In this document: positions 29,426 through 32,000 of the stretch, one piece after another | How positions within the stretch are numbered: the first letter of the stretch is position 1 | How the letters are laid out: the number at the start of each line of letters is the position of its first letter | Source of the DNA: Aliivibrio fischeri ES114 | GTDB lineage: Bacteria; Pseudomonadota; Gammaproteobacteria; Enterobacterales; Vibrionaceae | DNA: 32,000 nt | Assembly (NCBI RefSeq): GCF_000011805.1 | Contig: NC_006840.2 | Direction: 5' to 3' (one strand) | The notes under the pieces: generated by a model | The model's input: the letters and a program-made list of their open reading frames with translations, nothing else | Told to the model about the DNA's origin: nothing | Databases searched by the model: none | Made by a program: the position numbers and the translations under genes

Positions 29426-31194
29426 TGAGTAGTATTCCTGTTAGAGAATTTGATGCCGTTGTAATCGGTGCTGGTGGTGCAGGTATGCGAGCTGCGCTGC
29501 AAATTTCAGAACAAGGCCTTTCTTGTGCTTTGCTATCAAAAGTTTTTCCAACTCGTTCTCACACTGTATCTGCCCAAGGTGGTATCACCGTTGCTCTTGG
29601 TAATGCGCATGAAGATCACTGGGAACAACACATGTATGATACGGTGAAAGGCTCTGATTATATCGGTGACCAAGATGCTATCGAATATATGTGTAAAAAT
29701 GGTCCTGAGTCGGTTATTGAATTAGAGAAAATGGGCTTGCCTTTCTCACGTTTTGATAATGGTACGATTTATCAACGTCCATTTGGCGGTCAATCTAAGA
29801 ACTTTGGTGGTGAACAAGCAGCTCGTACAGCTGCAGCGGCAGACCGTACTGGGCATGCGCTTCTTCATACGCTTTACCAACAAAATATTAAGCATAAAAC
29901 GACGATTTTTTCTGAGTGGTATGCGCTTGATTTAGTAAAAAATGAAGACGGTGCCATTTTAGGATGTACTGCTCTTTGTATGGAAACCGGTGAAGTTTGT
30001 TACTTTAAATCTAAAGCAACAATTCTAGCTACTGGTGGTGCTGGACGTATTTACGCTTCAACAACCAATGCACATATTAATACTGGTGATGGTGTTGGTA
30101 TGGCGATTCGAGCTGGTGTTCCAATGCAAGACATTGAAATGTGGCAGTTCCACCCAACAGGTATCGCAGGTGCTGGTGTTCTTGTAACTGAAGGCTGTCG
30201 TGGTGAAGGTGGTTATCTTTTAAATAAAGATGGTGAACGCTTCATGGAACGTTACGCACCAAATGCTAAAGATTTGGCCGGTCGTGATGTTGTAGCTCGT
30301 TCAATGATGGTTGAAATTCGTGAAGGTCGTGGTTGCGATGGTCCTTGGGGTCCGCACATTAAACTGAAATTGGATCACTTAGGTAAAGAAACACTAGAGT
30401 CACGTTTACCTGGTGTGTGTGAGTTATCTCGTACTTTTGCTCATGTTGACCCAGTAAAAGAACCTATTCCAGTGATTCCTACTTGTCACTACATGATGGG
30501 CGGCGTACCAACTCAGGTTTCAGGTCAAGCTATTAAGCAAGATGAAAGTGGTGCCGATGTTGAAGTTCAAGGCCTGTTTGCTTGTGGTGAAATTGCGTCA
30601 GTTTCAGTACATGGTGCTAACCGTTTAGGTGGCAACTCTTTGCTTGATTTAGTGGTATTTGGTCGTGCAACAGGGCTTCATTTAGGTGAAACACTGAAAA
30701 AGCAAGCAGAAGCAAAACCAGCAACTGAAGAAGATATTCAGCGTTCACTAGAGCGTTATAATCGTTGGGAAAATAGCACGGGTGGTGAAGACCCAGCTCA
30801 AATCCGTAAAGACTTACAACAGTGTATGCAAAATAACTTCTCGGTATTCCGTGAAGGTGATGCAATGGCAAAAGGTCTTGAAGAGCTAAAAGTGATCCGC
30901 GAGCGTCTAAACAATGCGTATCTATCTGATAAATCGACTGAGTTTAATACTCAGCGTATTGAATGTTTAGAGCTAGAAAACTTGATGGAAACGGCATTTG
31001 CAACCGCAGTAGCAGCAAATTACCGTACAGAAAGTCGTGGAGCACACGCACGCTTTGATTTCCCTGAGCGTGATGATGCTAATTGGTTATGCCATTCAAT
31101 TTACAACCCTGAGACAGAATCAATGTCTAAGCGTAATGTAAATATGGAACCTGTTCACCGTGAAGCTTTCCCTCCGAAAGCTCGTACATATTAA
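29425..31194 (+). CDS. sdhA: Succinate dehydrogenase flavoprotein subunit
   Basis: [26 protein letters not shown] motif, [17 protein letters not shown]. The supplied ORF starts at 29413; GTG at 29425 overlapping the sdhD stop (TAGTG) is the more plausible start. Confidence 0.96.
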   Translation: MSSIPVREFDAVVIGAGGAGMRAALQISEQGLSCALLSKVFPTRSHTVSAQGGITVALGNAHEDHWEQHMYDTVKGSDYIGDQDAIEYMCKNGPESVIELEKMGLPFSRFDNGTIYQRPFGGQSKNFGGEQAARTAAAADRTGHALLHTLYQQNIKHKTTIFSEWYALDLVKNEDGAILGCTALCMETGEVCYFKSKATILATGGAGRIYASTTNAHINTGDGVGMAIRAGVPMQDIEMWQFHPTGIAGAGVLVTEGCRGEGGYLLNKDGERFMERYAPNAKDLAGRDVVARSMMVEIREGRGCDGPWGPHIKLKLDHLGKETLESRLPGVCELSRTFAHVDPVKEPIPVIPTCHYMMGGVPTQVSGQAIKQDESGADVEVQGLFACGEIASVSVHGANRLGGNSLLDLVVFGRATGLHLGETLKKQAEAKPATEEDIQRSLERYNRWENSTGGEDPAQIRKDLQQCMQNNFSVFREGDAMAKGLEELKVIRERLNNAYLSDKSTEFNTQRIECLELENLMETAFATAVAANYRTESRGAHARFDFPERDDANWLCHSIYNPETESMSKRNVNMEPVHREAFPPKARTY

Positions 31195-31206
31195 GAGGGC
31201 AGAAGA

Positions 31207-31920
31207 ATGAAATTGAATTTTTCGATCTACCGCTATAATCCAGATGTAGATAATGCACCTCACATGAAAGCATACACATTAGATGTTGAAGAAGGTTCAG
31301 ATATGATGGTGCTTGATGCACTTATCTTATTAAAAGAACAAGACCCAACATTAGCTTTCCGCCGTTCATGTCGTGAGGGGGTGTGTGGTTCTGATGGTCT
31401 TAATATGAATGGTAAAAATGGACTTGCATGCATTACGCCATTATCTGAATTAGCAGATAAAAGTGAGATTGTTATTCGTCCATTGCCTGGTTTGCCTGTT
31501 GTTCGAGATTTGATTGTCGATATGGCACAATTCTATGAAAATTATGAAAAGGTAAAACCGTTCTTAATTAGTGATGGAGCAACGCCACCTTCAAGAGAAA
31601 ACCTACAATCTCCAGAAGAGCGTGAGCATCTAGATGGTTTGTATGAATGCATCATGTGTGCATGTTGTACTACCTCGTGCCCATCATTTTGGTGGAATCC
31701 TGATAAATTCATCGGACCAGCAGGGTTGCTTGCAGCTTATCGTTGGTTAATTGATAGTCGAGATACTGCAACAAATGAACGTTTATCTAATTTAGATGAT
31801 GCATTCAGTGTTTTTCGTTGCCATGGTATCATGAATTGTGTAAGTGTATGTCCTAAAGGGTTAAACCCAACAAAAGCAATTGGTCATATAAAGACAATGC
31901 TATTGAAAAAAGCGGTATAA
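31207..31920 (+). CDS. sdhB: Succinate dehydrogenase iron-sulfur subunit
   Basis: 237 aa; CREGVCGSDGLNMNGKNGLAC 2Fe-2S motif, CIMCACCTTSCPSFWW and CVSVCPKGLNP cluster ligands. Confidence 0.98.
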   Translation: MKLNFSIYRYNPDVDNAPHMKAYTLDVEEGSDMMVLDALILLKEQDPTLAFRRSCREGVCGSDGLNMNGKNGLACITPLSELADKSEIVIRPLPGLPVVRDLIVDMAQFYENYEKVKPFLISDGATPPSRENLQSPEEREHLDGLYECIMCACCTTSCPSFWWNPDKFIGPAGLLAAYRWLIDSRDTATNERLSNLDDAFSVFRCHGIMNCVSVCPKGLNPTKAIGHIKTMLLKKAV

Positions 31921-32000
31921 TTTACTTTTCCTCAACCTATGTTGATAGGTTGAGGCTTATTATAAGCCCGGCACAAAGACCGGGATAGACGTGAAACTAC

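Noticed and set aside
1-32000. Defence system, CRISPR array, toxin-antitoxin, transposon or phage island
   Set aside because: No repeat-spacer structure, no transposase/integrase/RT/nuclease-like ORFs and no tRNA insertion site seen. Nearly all sizeable ORFs match conserved families in familiar synteny blocks.

Overview
This 32 kb window is a chromosomal core region of a Vibrionaceae bacterium. The protein sequences look Aliivibrio/Vibrio fischeri-like, but that is inference from remembered families, not a search. In order it encodes: tig (5'-truncated), clpP, clpX, lon, hupB, ppiD, a ComEA/YbaV-like HhH protein, a POT-family peptide transporter (-), rfaH, asnB (-), a Kef-type CPA2 antiporter (-), nagC (-), nagA (-), nagE, glnS, fur (-), a DUF4442/hotdog protein, fldA (-), a DUF2788-like small membrane protein (-), a YbfF-like hydrolase (-), seqA, pgm, a YbgI/NIF3-like protein, gltA (-), and sdhC-sdhD-sdhA-sdhB. 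Many intergenic regions carry clear rho-independent terminators, several of them bidirectional. I found no CRISPR array, transposase, phage gene, rRNA or recognisable tRNA, and no convincing novel multigene system. The observations worth a second look are small non-coding elements: a chain of three overlapping hairpins after sdhB, a bulged 17-bp hairpin plus a second hairpin between DUF4442 and fldA, tandem hairpins after the ybaV-like gene, operator-like palindromes in the nag and POT/rfaH divergent regions, and a heat-shock-type promoter before lon. A few local gene-order differences from the E. coli arrangement are also listed. All operator and promoter assignments are by eye.
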